Shown: piece after piece, positions 39,919 through 50,704 of the stretch
Layout of the letters: every line of letters starts with the position of its first letter
How positions within the stretch are numbered: the stretch's first letter is position 1
Sequence record: DRR723986_3489
DNA length: 64,000 nt
Strand: one strand, 5' to 3'
Program-made: the position numbers and the translations under genes
Notes under the pieces: model-generated
What the model was told of the DNA's origin: nothing
Databases searched by the model: none
The model's input: only the letters and a program-made list of their open reading frames with translations

Positions 39919-40953
39919 ATGAGAGAAGATTATTTAAGTGGCGATGACGAAAGTTTAAGCCCAAAAGACAAGGATTTCGAGAAAGCATTAAGACCCTTAA
40001 GCTTTGAGGATTTTACGGGGCAGTTCAAGATCGTAGAGAATTTACGGGTATTTGTACTGGCTGCAAAAAACAGAAATGAGCCATTGGATCACGTGTTGCT
40101 GCATGGCCCTCCAGGCTTGGGCAAAACAACGTTGAGTCACATTATCGCAAATGAGCTGAATGCTGGCCTAAAAATCACCTCGGGACCAGTACTTGATAAA
40201 CCCTCTGATTTGGCAGGTTTACTTACCAATCTGGATGAAGGTGATGTGCTATTCATAGATGAAATCCACAGGCTAAACCCTATTGTGGAAGAATACCTGT
40301 ATTCGGCGATGGAGGATTTCCGGATCGATATCATGCTGGATTCTGGTCCTAACGCCCGTTCGGTACAGATTTCTCTCAGTCCATTTACCCTCATCGGGGC
40401 AACTACTCGCTCTGGTCTGTTGACTTCACCGCTCCGTGCCAGATTCGGGATCAATTCCCGATTGGAATATTACGATGCTAAGCTATTGACAGATATAGTC
40501 ATGCGTTCTTCCGGGATTTTGAATACGCCAATCGATGAAATTGCAGCATATGAAATAGCCAGAAGGAGTAGGGGAACACCGAGAATTGCGAACATGTTGC
40601 TTCGCAGAACACGTGATTTTGCAGAAGTAAAAGGCAACGGAACGATTACACTGGAGATTTCTAAAATCGCTTTGGATGCACTGGATGTAGATATGAATGG
40701 CTTGGACGAAATGGATAACCGAATTCTGCTGACTATAATTGAAAAATTCAAAGGCGGGCCAGTTGGACTAAGTACGATCGCTACTGCATGCAGTGAGGAA
40801 GCGGAAACTATCGAGGAAGTGTATGAGCCTTTTTTGATCCAAGAAGGCTATTTGAAAAGAACAGCACGTGGTAGAATGGCAACTGAATTGGCTTATAAGC
40901 ACTTGAAAATTAAACCAATTCAGGGAATGGGCGGGTTGTTTGAAGGGATGTAA
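39919..40953 (+). CDS. ruvB: Holliday junction branch migration helicase RuvB
   Basis: [34 protein letters not shown]. Confidence 0.98.
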   Translation: MREDYLSGDDESLSPKDKDFEKALRPLSFEDFTGQFKIVENLRVFVLAAKNRNEPLDHVLLHGPPGLGKTTLSHIIANELNAGLKITSGPVLDKPSDLAGLLTNLDEGDVLFIDEIHRLNPIVEEYLYSAMEDFRIDIMLDSGPNARSVQISLSPFTLIGATTRSGLLTSPLRARFGINSRLEYYDAKLLTDIVMRSSGILNTPIDEIAAYEIARRSRGTPRIANMLLRRTRDFAEVKGNGTITLEISKIALDALDVDMNGLDEMDNRILLTIIEKFKGGPVGLSTIATACSEEAETIEEVYEPFLIQEGYLKRTARGRMATELAYKHLKIKPIQGMGGLFEGM

Positions 40954-41050
40954 GAAAGTAATGATTGAATTTAAAATGAAGAATTAGATAGGTGAAACAT
41001 GGCAGCGTCTACACATTTTAAATTCCTTAATTAGCAATTTTAAATTTACA

Positions 41051-41701
41051 TCACCCCTCAATTATCCGATTCTTCACCGCCTTCTGCACTGCTTCGAGCT
41101 TGCTGTGAACCTGCAATTTCTGGTAGATATTCTCCGTGTGCTTTCGGACAGTTTTCGGAGAGATAAACAAATTTTCACCGATCTGATTGTAATTCAAACC
41201 TTTTGATGTCTGCTCCAAGATCTCGATTTCTCGCGGCGTCAACTTGATCTCCTCCACCGGTTCTGAAAAATCCGGAGGATTACGCAGAAGTTTTAAAGCC
41301 TTCATTGCTACTGAAGGAGTCATTGCTGCTCCTCCTTCTAAGGTATCTATGATTCCCTGCATTAACGTTTGTGGGTCCACCTCTTTCAAGAAATAGCCAT
41401 TTGCACCGGCCTGAATTGCTTTGAAAATATGCTCATCGTCATCAAACACCGTCAACATGATGGTTTTGATCTGTGGATATTTCTGGGAAACCTGCGCGAC
41501 GGCCTCAATGCCATTCATCTTTGGCATCTCTATATCCATCAGAATCAAGTGAACATTTGAGTCTTTCTCCAATTTTTCCAACAGCTCCAAGCCATTAAAA
41601 GCAGAGAATTTCACTTCAATATTTTCAAAAAATGAAAGTTTTTCTAAGATGGTTTTGAGCAGAAAACTGTTGTCCTCGGCGATTGCTATTTTTATTGACA
41701 T
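41051..41701 (-). CDS. NarL/LuxR-family response regulator
   Basis: REC domain (AEDN, LMDIEMP, FLK) plus LTPREIEIL...TVRKH HTH. Confidence 0.93.
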   Translation of the reverse strand: MSIKIAIAEDNSFLLKTILEKLSFFENIEVKFSAFNGLELLEKLEKDSNVHLILMDIEMPKMNGIEAVAQVSQKYPQIKTIMLTVFDDDEHIFKAIQAGANGYFLKEVDPQTLMQGIIDTLEGGAAMTPSVAMKALKLLRNPPDFSEPVEEIKLTPREIEILEQTSKGLNYNQIGENLFISPKTVRKHTENIYQKLQVHSKLEAVQKAVKNRIIEG

Positions 41702-41724
41702 TGATAATAGGTTTTAAAAAGCAC

Positions 41725-43581
41725 CTAAAAGATACAAACTTGTGTGCCTTGACCAAGGGCAGATTCAATTTTCAATTCTCTCCCGATTCGCTCAGCACGA
41801 TTACGCATATTAGCTAGGCCATTTCCAATCCCTGCTTGATGTATGCCTTTGCCGTTATCTTCGATGCAAACACGGATTTGCTCATTATGCTTAGAAAAAA
41901 CAATTTTAATTTGACTTGCTCCAGAGTGCTTGATAGCATTATTCAAAGCTTCCTGAGCCACGCGATAGTAATTCACTCCTTCCATAGAATTGAGTAACAA
42001 GTCCATTTCTAAGTCATCAGGAATTTCCAGCTCAAAATTGATTTGAGGACAGGCAGACTTTGCTTTTGCGATCAAACCTGCTAATCTAGTCTGTAAATCA
42101 CCCAAGCTGATATTATCCTTATTCATTGCCCAGATGGTATCACGGAGCTCATTGACCGTCTCCACTGTAAAGGCAGATATCTGGTCAATTTTCCCCGCCA
42201 TTTTCTCCTTACTCAGCTCGAAGTATTTTAGATTGTCCAAGGAAGAAACGATGAAAGTCAACTGAGCACCTATATTATCATGAAGGTCTGAGGAAATTCT
42301 ATTGCGCTGCTCATGAAGCTGCTTTTGAGTTTCCTGCTCGGCGTAGATTTGCTGCAACTTAGCTTCCTGCTCCAAGTGCTTATTTTTAGTTTTTTGACGA
42401 TAATAAATGAAAAAGGCTACGCCTAGAATTATCAATAGAAATACCACAAGTAGTAATATCTGATTGTTCCTGTTTTTGACCAGTAACTCATTTTCTACCA
42501 ATGCGGCACGTGATTCGGCTAGCTCTCTTTCTTTAGTCTGAACCTGATACTTTGCCTCCAATTCTCCCAGCATTTTCACTCGCTCTTCCTTGAAGATGGA
42601 ATCTTTCAATGTGGAATATTGCTCTAGGTAATCCATTGCACTTGCGAGATTTCCCTTCGCCTTATTGAACCTGTATTGCTCCTCCAAGTAATCCCGCATT
42701 TTCTCCGTAGATTGACTTTCCTCTACATATTTGTAAGCAGAATCCATCATTATCTCCGCTTTTGAGAAGTCGCGAAGTTTGTAGGCAATTGTAGCCAAAT
42801 TGGTATAATTAGCTGCCAAACTATATTGATCCTGATCTTTCCTATTTAGGTTTATTGCAGTCTTTATCCAGGATTCAGCTTCATTGTATTTTTCCTGTTT
42901 GAGAAGTGTGTTGCCTATATTATTGAAAGTAAACGTAATCCTGGAACTGTCTAATTTATCTATGTTATCGAAGATCTTATAGTGGTAATAAAGTGCTGAA
43001 TCCGGCTTGCCCCAATCGTCAAAATTTATCCCTATCGCATTTAAGGAAAAGGCTACAAAAGTTGGATTCGCTTTAGTGAAATGTGTGAGCAATTCATGGG
43101 CTTTCTTTCCATATTCCACTCCCTTGGCATAATCCTCCATATCATGATAGACCACAGAAATATCCAACAGGGCATAACCCATATAATTGCTATCTAGTCC
43201 GACAGTTGCATTTTCTAAGCCTTTTTGTGAGTAATATAAAGCTTGATCCCAGTTGCCGGAATTTGCCTCCAAACGATTCAATCGAATATAACACAAGCTG
43301 ATCAAGTCATTGCTTAGCTTAGGATCAAGCAGAGAGGCGCTCTTTAGAAAAGTCTTATGAGCTATCTCATTCTCAAATGCACGATTATACTTTTCAGCGA
43401 CAAAAAAATAGTAGATCCCGCTGTCATTCGCCGAATGTAAATTCTTCTTTTCGAGTTCGAAAATAATATCGACAGAGTCAGGGTTGGAATAGGTCCTACC
43501 AAGCCGTTTCCTCAGGTCCTGAGAAAAAGCTGTTGAACAAATCAGAATAAAGAAGAGACTTAGGGTGTAAAGTCTTTGCAT
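41725..43581 (-). CDS. TPR-containing sensor histidine kinase (HisKA_3 type)
   Basis: Signal peptide, TPRs, TM helix, RISSDLHDNIG, QEALNNAIKHS, DNGKG, GNGLANM. Confidence 0.92.
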   Translation of the reverse strand: MQRLYTLSLFFILICSTAFSQDLRKRLGRTYSNPDSVDIIFELEKKNLHSANDSGIYYFFVAEKYNRAFENEIAHKTFLKSASLLDPKLSNDLISLCYIRLNRLEANSGNWDQALYYSQKGLENATVGLDSNYMGYALLDISVVYHDMEDYAKGVEYGKKAHELLTHFTKANPTFVAFSLNAIGINFDDWGKPDSALYYHYKIFDNIDKLDSSRITFTFNNIGNTLLKQEKYNEAESWIKTAINLNRKDQDQYSLAANYTNLATIAYKLRDFSKAEIMMDSAYKYVEESQSTEKMRDYLEEQYRFNKAKGNLASAMDYLEQYSTLKDSIFKEERVKMLGELEAKYQVQTKERELAESRAALVENELLVKNRNNQILLLVVFLLIILGVAFFIYYRQKTKNKHLEQEAKLQQIYAEQETQKQLHEQRNRISSDLHDNIGAQLTFIVSSLDNLKYFELSKEKMAGKIDQISAFTVETVNELRDTIWAMNKDNISLGDLQTRLAGLIAKAKSACPQINFELEIPDDLEMDLLLNSMEGVNYYRVAQEALNNAIKHSGASQIKIVFSKHNEQIRVCIEDNGKGIHQAGIGNGLANMRNRAERIGRELKIESALGQGTQVCIF

Positions 43582-43609
43582 TTATCAGCGTTTATGACTG
43601 TTAAAATAC

Positions 43610-43648
43610 AAAAAAATGCCGTTGGCCTACACAGGTCCCACGGCATTT
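43610..43648 (-). terminator. Terminator after the S1/P1 nuclease gene
   Basis: AAATGCCGT...ACGGCATTT stem with an A-tract. Confidence 0.6.
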
Positions 43649-43665
43649 AAAGAAATATTTTATCC

Positions 43666-44433
43666 CTACCCGTAGATTTCTTCTAAAATCTTTGCCAAGC
43701 GTATGCTTGCGGCAATTAATCTTTCTTCGATTACCTCTCGGGTATCGTACCCATAATTATAGGAAAGCTTCTTGCTTTCTGGAAGGTTGTAAACCATCGG
43801 TCTCAAGGAAACTGCTTCTGCAAGCCAGGTATCCATCCCACCTGCGCGATATCCAGCAATCAAATCCTTATTAATACGTCTAGAAAGTTCATCACCGATT
43901 TCGGTATAATTCATATTCCAGCCCTCAATTATACTGGAATCCCAAACTGCATGGAGATTCGTAGGTTTACCGAAATAATCAACCTTCACATCGTTTCCAC
44001 CACGGTCTTCACCAGTTCCCACGTGTAACGGTTGGTGAATATCCTCTACCATATGAATGAGCATTTTAAGCATTTCAGCCTCCTTTTTCGGATCAAGACC
44101 ACCAGCCTTCAGCTCTTGTTTAATTCGATTAATTTCGGCATAAACATTTCCACCTCTCTCCTGAATGGATTCATCATATTCCCCTGCGACACTAGTCATA
44201 TAATGCCAGGAATTAGCATAATCAAAGGATCTGTCAGACTTAATCTCATCCATCCAAGTTCCGCTTCTGCCTATAGACATGGGGTATAGAACTTTCTCGA
44301 CCTTCTTTCGAACAGATCTTTTCATCTGCTTTTCGGCCATATAGCCGATCAAATAGTGGCCCAACTGCCCCCAGGCAAAGCTTTGCGTAGCTATAAGTAA
44401 AACAAAAATTGCGGTAGCAAGGAATTTTTTCAT
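43666..44433 (-). CDS. S1/P1 nuclease, exported
   Basis: Mature N-terminus WGQLGH; WMD; WHY; HMVEDIHQPLH; NLHAVWD. Confidence 0.93.
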   Translation of the reverse strand: MKKFLATAIFVLLIATQSFAWGQLGHYLIGYMAEKQMKRSVRKKVEKVLYPMSIGRSGTWMDEIKSDRSFDYANSWHYMTSVAGEYDESIQERGGNVYAEINRIKQELKAGGLDPKKEAEMLKMLIHMVEDIHQPLHVGTGEDRGGNDVKVDYFGKPTNLHAVWDSSIIEGWNMNYTEIGDELSRRINKDLIAGYRAGGMDTWLAEAVSLRPMVYNLPESKKLSYNYGYDTREVIEERLIAASIRLAKILEEIYG

Positions 44434-44495
44434 TTTCGTCTAGGATGAGAAAGGCGAAGATACTTCAATAAAGAGAAATGAAGGTTATTGTAAGG

Positions 44496-45686
44496 TTATG
44501 CTTTTTCAAGTTCTGAAACCGCCAAAAATGCCATCAATCCTGCACCTATCTCCAGTGCATCTTCATCAATATCAAATGTAGGAGTATGGACTCCTGAGGT
44601 AATTCCCTTGGACTCATTTCGCGTACCCAGTCTATAAAAACATCCTTCAATCTCTTGAGAATAAAAGGCAAAATCTTCCGCTGCCATCCAAATATCCAAA
44701 TCCAGCACATTCTCTTCGCCCAGATATGCAATAGCCGCCTGATGAGATCTTTGTGTCAATTCTGGATCATTTTTCAAAAATGGATAACCTTTCTTAATCT
44801 CAAAGTCAACTTCTCCACCCATACCTTCCACGATTCCGTGAGCAATTGATAGCATTTTCTCATGAGCTTTAGCTCGCCATTCCTCGTCCAGAGTACGGAA
44901 TGTCCCCTGAATTTTAACTTCATTAGGAATCACGTTGGTAGCACCAAGTGCCTCCACTCTTCCAAAAGAAAGAACAGAAGGGATTTTTGGACTAGCGGCT
45001 CGACTCACTACTTGCTGCAGCGCAACAATCATATGAGAAGCGATCAAAACTGGATCGATCAAGGTCTCAGGCATTGCCGCATGACCGCCTTTTCCCTTTA
45101 CAGTCACATAGATTTCATCCGCACTAGCCATGTAAATTCCAGGTCGGAAGCCGACTTTGCCAACTTCTATAAAAGGCATCACATGCTGACCGATTATTCC
45201 ATTTGGACGTGGATTCTCTAGTACTTTATCAGCAATCATCAAAGAAGCCCCGCCTGGAGCAACTTCTTCGCCTGGTTGAAAAATCAATTTGATTGTGCCC
45301 TCAAAGTCATCTTTGACTTCATTTAGGATTTTGGCAGCACCTAATAAAGAGGCAGTGTGCGCATCATGTCCACAGGCATGCATGACACCTGGGTTCTTAG
45401 ATTTATAGGAAACATCGTTTGCCTCAATGATCGGCAGTGCGTCCATATCCGCTCGAAGAGCTATAACCCGTTTACTAGGGTTTTTGCCTTCAATCAATGC
45501 TGCCCACCCAGTATCCGCTTTAGATTCTATCGTGGTAATTCCGATTTCCTGAAGCTTTTCCTTTACAAAATTTGCCGTATTGAACTCTTGAAAAGAGAGT
45601 TCGGGATTTGCATGAAGATGACGACGGTTTGCAATTACTTCTTCTTTATAGGCCTTAGCCAGAGATTTAATTTTGTCCTTCAACAT
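44496..45686 (-). CDS. M20D amidohydrolase
   Basis: RRHLHANPEL, LRADMDALP, MHACGHDAH, FQPGEE, AEDF. Confidence 0.93.
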   Translation of the reverse strand: MLKDKIKSLAKAYKEEVIANRRHLHANPELSFQEFNTANFVKEKLQEIGITTIESKADTGWAALIEGKNPSKRVIALRADMDALPIIEANDVSYKSKNPGVMHACGHDAHTASLLGAAKILNEVKDDFEGTIKLIFQPGEEVAPGGASLMIADKVLENPRPNGIIGQHVMPFIEVGKVGFRPGIYMASADEIYVTVKGKGGHAAMPETLIDPVLIASHMIVALQQVVSRAASPKIPSVLSFGRVEALGATNVIPNEVKIQGTFRTLDEEWRAKAHEKMLSIAHGIVEGMGGEVDFEIKKGYPFLKNDPELTQRSHQAAIAYLGEENVLDLDIWMAAEDFAFYSQEIEGCFYRLGTRNESKGITSGVHTPTFDIDEDALEIGAGLMAFLAVSELEKA

Positions 45687-46212
45687 CTTCTTGATTGAGT
45701 TCGTTTAGCGTCTTGAATTCTTCACGCTGAAAGCGATCTTGAATAATTCTCGCTGTTGGGAATTGTGTTTTTACTTCTGCGAAGCTTTTTTGAGCCTCTA
45801 TTTTGTGTGCATACTTTCCAACTTTCACCAAATATCTCGGCTGTTCGTATTGCATTTGTGGCGTCAGATCAGGAAAGTTCATGGTTAAATCATCACGGGT
45901 TTTGAAAGCTTTGTTGCGATCAATACCTGAATAAACCAAGACGGAATAGCCATTAAAGTATGGCTCAGACTTATTTTTACTTACCAAGCTTGCCTGAATC
46001 TGATCAAGTTGTTCATCGATCGCCTCAGTAGATTCTGCGGATTCGAAAGATGATTTGGAGCTCATTTGCGCACGGTAATCCGGGTATACCGGAAGAGAAG
46101 CAGTAAGGTTCTCCTGATAATTCGCATAGCTGGAGGCAGAACTAGACGTTTTGCTAGTGGTTTTACAACTCGCTAAAATCAATACCAATCCTAAAATCCA
46201 GAAAATTCTCAT
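45667..46212 (-). CDS. SPOR-domain lipoprotein
   Basis: Lipobox LASC; GYSVLVYSG...PRYLVKVGKY...FPTARII. Confidence 0.75.
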   Translation of the reverse strand: MRIFWILGLVLILASCKTTSKTSSSASSYANYQENLTASLPVYPDYRAQMSSKSSFESAESTEAIDEQLDQIQASLVSKNKSEPYFNGYSVLVYSGIDRNKAFKTRDDLTMNFPDLTPQMQYEQPRYLVKVGKYAHKIEAQKSFAEVKTQFPTARIIQDRFQREEFKTLNELNQEDVEGQN

Positions 46213-46219
46213 GCTTTGC

Positions 46220-49200
46220 TTAATTGTCGATGATTACACACTTTCCTTCCTGCACATCCTGTTCCACACTTTTATATTTCACGTCAGATTTGGTAGTTCC
46301 ATTTGTGTATTGAACAGAAACTTTGTCATTTCTTCCGTAGGCTTTATCAGATTTTCTAGGAGCAACTACCTGCGGAGCTGGTCTTCCAGCATTTGATGCT
46401 GCGACTGCTGCACGGTTTGCACCTGGGTTTAGAGTGCTTCCTGCCTCAGCTTTAGAAGCTTGTACTTGAGGTTCTGAAGTATGTTGAGGAGCTGCTGCAT
46501 GCACATGATTTGGATCTTGCTTAGGCAAGTCTGCCCTAGTCAAGAATGTGGTCATGTCCTCATTCAGCTTACCGATGAAGCGTTTGAACATTTCAAATGC
46601 CTCGAACTTGTAGATCAACAGCGGATCTTTTTGCTCATAAACGGCATTTTGTACCGACTGCTTTAGATCATCCATATCTCTCAAATGCTCTTTCCAGTTT
46701 TGATCAATGATAGCAAGTGATACATTTTTCTCTATCGCTCGTACTAGCTCTCGACCTTCAGAGTTAATTGTCGCTTCAAGATTTGCAACTACTCCGATTT
46801 GTTTGATTCCATCAGAAATCGGAACCATGATATCTTTCACAGTAGCTCCTCTTTCCTCCTGCACTCTCTTGAAAATCGGAAGAGCTGTACTCATCATTGT
46901 TTCGCTTTTCTTCTGATAAGCCTCAAAAGATGCAGTATATAGCTCTTGGGTCAATTGACCTGCGTCCTTGGTTTTGAGGTCATTTTCAGTGACATTATAA
47001 TCTATACCCAAGGTAGTGAATACGTTCATTCTGAAATCCTCAGGATCTGCTGTTGATTTGCCCATATCCACTAAGCCTTCACATACATCATAGAGTACGT
47101 TCAGAATATCCAGCTCAAGTCTTTCTCCTTTCAGCGCATTTCTTCTTCTCTTGTAAACGACTTCACGCTGTGAGTTCATCACATCATCGTACTCAAGTAG
47201 TCTCTTTCTGGTGCCAAAGTTGTTTTCCTCCACCTTTCGTTGCGCACGTTCGATAGACTTGGAAATCATGCTGTGCTGAATCACTTCTCCTTCTTCAAGG
47301 CCCATTCTATCCATCAACTTTGCAATACGATCGGAACCAAATAGACGCATCAAGCTATCCTCTAGTGACACGAAGAACTGGGAAGAACCCACATCACCCT
47401 GACGTCCAGATCTACCTCTCAGCTGTCTATCAACACGACGGGATTCGTGGCGCTCTGTACCTATGATGGCCAAACCGCCAGCTTTTTTAGCTTCTGGAGA
47501 AAGCTTAATATCTGTACCACGTCCAGCCATGTTAGTTGCAATAGTAACCGTGCCCGCTTGACCGGCAATGGCAACCACATCAGCTTCTCGAGCGTGCTGC
47601 TTTGCATTCAATACCTGATGTGGAATCTTCTTTAAAGTAAGCATTCTACTCAGTACCTCTGAAATTTCTACCGAAGTGGTACCCACCAAAACAGGTCTTC
47701 CAGCTGCAACTAGCTCATTGATTTCGTCACCGACAGCGTTGAATTTCTCTCGAACAGTCTTGTAGACTTTATCTTCTCGGTCAGCTCTGATAATCGGCTT
47801 ATTGGTAGGTATTACTACTACATCCAATTTGTAAATTTCCCAGAATTCCCCAGCTTCCGTTTCCGCTGTACCAGTCATACCAGCCAGCTTATGGTACATT
47901 CTGAAATAGTTCTGAAGGGTAATGGTAGCGTAAGTCTGCGTGGCATCTTCCACCTTCACATTTTCCTTCGCTTCGATGGCCTGGTGTAATCCATCAGAAT
48001 AACGACGACCTTCCATCACACGACCAGTCTGCTCATCTACAATCTTCACTTTTCCATCTACCAAGATGTACTCAGTATCCTTCTCAAACATACAGTATGC
48101 TTTAAGAAGTTGATTTACAGTATGGATTCGTTGTGCTTTTACGCTGTAATCTTTGATTGCCTCCTCTTTACGGACAAGCTTTTCGGTATCTGAAAGACCT
48201 TCTTCTTTCTCCAAATCAGCAATCACAATTCCGATATCAGGGAGTATGAAGAATTCTGTGTTTTCATTTTTAGTAGTCATCGTCTCGATACCACGATCTG
48301 TCAGATCGACTACGTTTGTTTTTTCATCTATAGTAAACAAAAGTGGCTCATCTGCCTCTGGCATTTGACGCTTATTGTCCTGTAGGTAATAATTTTCTGT
48401 CTTCTGTAGGATTACTCTAATGCCTGGTTCAGAAAGGTATTTGATCAATGGCTTATATTTTGGCATACCACGGAATGCACGGAATAAAGCCAAGCCTCCC
48501 TCTTTTTCATTGCCATCAGCAAGCATTTTCTTAGCCGAGGTCAAAAAGCCCTGAACCAACTTGCGTTGCTCATCAACAAGTGTAGCTACTCTTGGCTTCA
48601 TGTCATCAAACTCGTGAACATCGCCTTTAGGCACAGGACCAGAAATAATCAATGGCGTTCTCGCATCATCAATCAAAACGGAATCGACCTCATCAATCAT
48701 TGCAAAATGATGCTTGCCCTGAACCAAATCTCCGGCTTCACGAGCCATGTTGTCTCTCAGGTAGTCAAATCCAAATTCGTTATTGGTACCATAAACGATA
48801 TCTGATTTATATGCCTTCTTTCGACCGGCTGAATTTGGAGTGAATTTATCAATACAATCCACCGTCAATCCGTGGAATTCAAAAAGTGGCGCATTCCATT
48901 CAGAATCACGTTTTGCCAAATAATCGTTTACAGTAACAATGTGTACACCACGTCCTGCAAGCGCATTCAGGTAAGCAGGTAGAGTCGAAACCAACGTTTT
49001 ACCTTCACCTGTGGCCATTTCGGCAATTTTACCTTTGTGAAGCACCATACCACCGATCAGCTGAACATCGTAGTGAACCATGTCCCATACAACTTCAGAA
49101 CCGGCGGCCATCCATCTATTATGCCAGATCGCCTCATCTCCTTGTATTTCTACATTCTGCTTACTTGCAGATAGCTCTCGATCACGGTCATTCGCTCTTA

Positions 49201-49600
49201 CAACTAGCTTTCCGTTTTCTTTAAAACGTCTCGCTGTCTCTTTTACGACCGCGAAAGCTTTCGGCAAAACGTTATTTAAAACAACCTCAAGTGCTTCATT
49301 TCTTTCTTTTTCGACCTGATCGATCTGATTGAAAAGCTGATCCTTCTCATGAATAGCTTTCACAGGCAAGTCTTCTACCTTAGCTCTGATGCTACTGATT
49401 TTATCATCAAACTCCTTTAGGTGAGTGTTGATTTCAGCTTTAATTTCCTCCGTTTTAGCACGCAATTGGTCATCACTGAGGCTCTTTAATCCAGAAAAAA
49501 CATCATTAATCTGCTTGACGATTGGGAGAAGTTCCTTAATATCTCTGTCGGACTTGGTTCCAAATACTTTTGCAAGTCCTTTTGCTATTATATCTAACAT
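46220..49600 (-). CDS. secA: Preprotein translocase ATPase SecA
   Basis: EMATGEGKT, DEVDSVLIDDARTPLIISG, ATNMAGRGTDI, RSGRQGD. Confidence 0.98.
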   Translation of the reverse strand: MLDIIAKGLAKVFGTKSDRDIKELLPIVKQINDVFSGLKSLSDDQLRAKTEEIKAEINTHLKEFDDKISSIRAKVEDLPVKAIHEKDQLFNQIDQVEKERNEALEVVLNNVLPKAFAVVKETARRFKENGKLVVRANDRDRELSASKQNVEIQGDEAIWHNRWMAAGSEVVWDMVHYDVQLIGGMVLHKGKIAEMATGEGKTLVSTLPAYLNALAGRGVHIVTVNDYLAKRDSEWNAPLFEFHGLTVDCIDKFTPNSAGRKKAYKSDIVYGTNNEFGFDYLRDNMAREAGDLVQGKHHFAMIDEVDSVLIDDARTPLIISGPVPKGDVHEFDDMKPRVATLVDEQRKLVQGFLTSAKKMLADGNEKEGGLALFRAFRGMPKYKPLIKYLSEPGIRVILQKTENYYLQDNKRQMPEADEPLLFTIDEKTNVVDLTDRGIETMTTKNENTEFFILPDIGIVIADLEKEEGLSDTEKLVRKEEAIKDYSVKAQRIHTVNQLLKAYCMFEKDTEYILVDGKVKIVDEQTGRVMEGRRYSDGLHQAIEAKENVKVEDATQTYATITLQNYFRMYHKLAGMTGTAETEAGEFWEIYKLDVVVIPTNKPIIRADREDKVYKTVREKFNAVGDEINELVAAGRPVLVGTTSVEISEVLSRMLTLKKIPHQVLNAKQHAREADVVAIAGQAGTVTIATNMAGRGTDIKLSPEAKKAGGLAIIGTERHESRRVDRQLRGRSGRQGDVGSSQFFVSLEDSLMRLFGSDRIAKLMDRMGLEEGEVIQHSMISKSIERAQRKVEENNFGTRKRLLEYDDVMNSQREVVYKRRRNALKGERLELDILNVLYDVCEGLVDMGKSTADPEDFRMNVFTTLGIDYNVTENDLKTKDAGQLTQELYTASFEAYQKKSETMMSTALPIFKRVQEERGATVKDIMVPISDGIKQIGVVANLEATINSEGRELVRAIEKNVSLAIIDQNWKEHLRDMDDLKQSVQNAVYEQKDPLLIYKFEAFEMFKRFIGKLNEDMTTFLTRADLPKQDPNHVHAAAPQHTSEPQVQASKAEAGSTLNPGANRAAVAASNAGRPAPQVVAPRKSDKAYGRNDKVSVQYTNGTTKSDVKYKSVEQDVQEGKCVIIDN

Positions 49601-49698
49601 GCTAGCTTATTGTAATTCTACTTTGAGGCTCAAAATTAAGCCCTTTTTGTTATAATTGATAATAAAACGAGTTCATCTAAAGAGAACTCAAAAATTTG

Positions 49699-50472
49699 TC
49701 AAACACTTATTTTTCCGGCAAAAACCTGCTGAGCGGGCCCAATCAACCAGACTTCTCTGAAACTTTCATTTTCGGAAGCTTTAAATTTCACTGATAATTG
49801 ACCGCCAAGGGTTTTTATTTTTATCTCGGCTGCTTGCTGGTTTTTTCCAAAGGCAATTGCAGCAGCAGTAACTCCAGTTCCACAAGAAAGCGTTTCGTCT
49901 TCAACGCCTCTTTCATACGTACGGACAAAGATTTCATCTTCACCTATTTTCTCCACGAAATTCACATTGGTGCCTGCTGGAGCATACATTTGATCGTAGC
50001 GTATGGTTTTACCTTCTGCGAAAATAGGATAGTTTTGAACATCATCTACAAAGCGAACATGGTGCGGAGAACCTGTATTAACAAAGAAATCTGCTCCTTT
50101 ATTATCCACGCTTGCTACATCTCCCATCAACAGCTGCACCAAACCATCTATCAAAATCGCCTTATGGGCTCCATCGATGGCCAGGAAACTCGTCTTTTTA
50201 TCCAAAATCCCTAGAAATGCGGAAAATGCAACTGCACATCGTGCACCATTGCCGCACATACTCTGACTACCATCGGCATTGAAGTAGATCATTTCAAAAT
50301 CATAATCTTTATGATTTCTGATCAAAATCAAGCCGTCAGCTCCTACGCCAAACTTTCTGTCGCACAGCTTACTTACCAGGTTCAGATCTGTATCATCAAA
50401 CTTTTGATCACGATCATCGATCATGACGAAGTCATTGCCGGTTCCTTGATATTTATAAAATGAAATTTCCAT
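49699..50472 (-). CDS. dapF: Diaminopimelate epimerase
   Basis: KYQGTGNDF, MCGNGARC, ERGVEDETLSCGTG. Confidence 0.97.
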   Translation of the reverse strand: MEISFYKYQGTGNDFVMIDDRDQKFDDTDLNLVSKLCDRKFGVGADGLILIRNHKDYDFEMIYFNADGSQSMCGNGARCAVAFSAFLGILDKKTSFLAIDGAHKAILIDGLVQLLMGDVASVDNKGADFFVNTGSPHHVRFVDDVQNYPIFAEGKTIRYDQMYAPAGTNVNFVEKIGEDEIFVRTYERGVEDETLSCGTGVTAAAIAFGKNQQAAEIKIKTLGGQLSVKFKASENESFREVWLIGPAQQVFAGKISV

Positions 50473-50704
50473 GGAAAATTATTGTAAATAGTGGGACAAA
50501 AACTCATCCAAGCCAATGTATCACCACAAACTTAAACATCTTGTCACAAAATCAGACTTATTGTCTGATTCTCAATTTTAAATAAGACAGAAAACTGTCT
50601 TAGCTAAATTCTTATTCTCCTGAGGGTAGTTAGAATTCGCAGGGCAAAAGTCCGGAAAACCGGTTCTTTTTTAGTTATTTCAGGCTTTCAATTATTACAA
50701 AATT

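Noticed and set aside
41051-43581. TPR kinase and response regulator as part of the CHAT module
   Set aside because: They lie more than 8 kb away, separated by housekeeping genes, and I saw no TTGATGAC-CGATG motif upstream of them.
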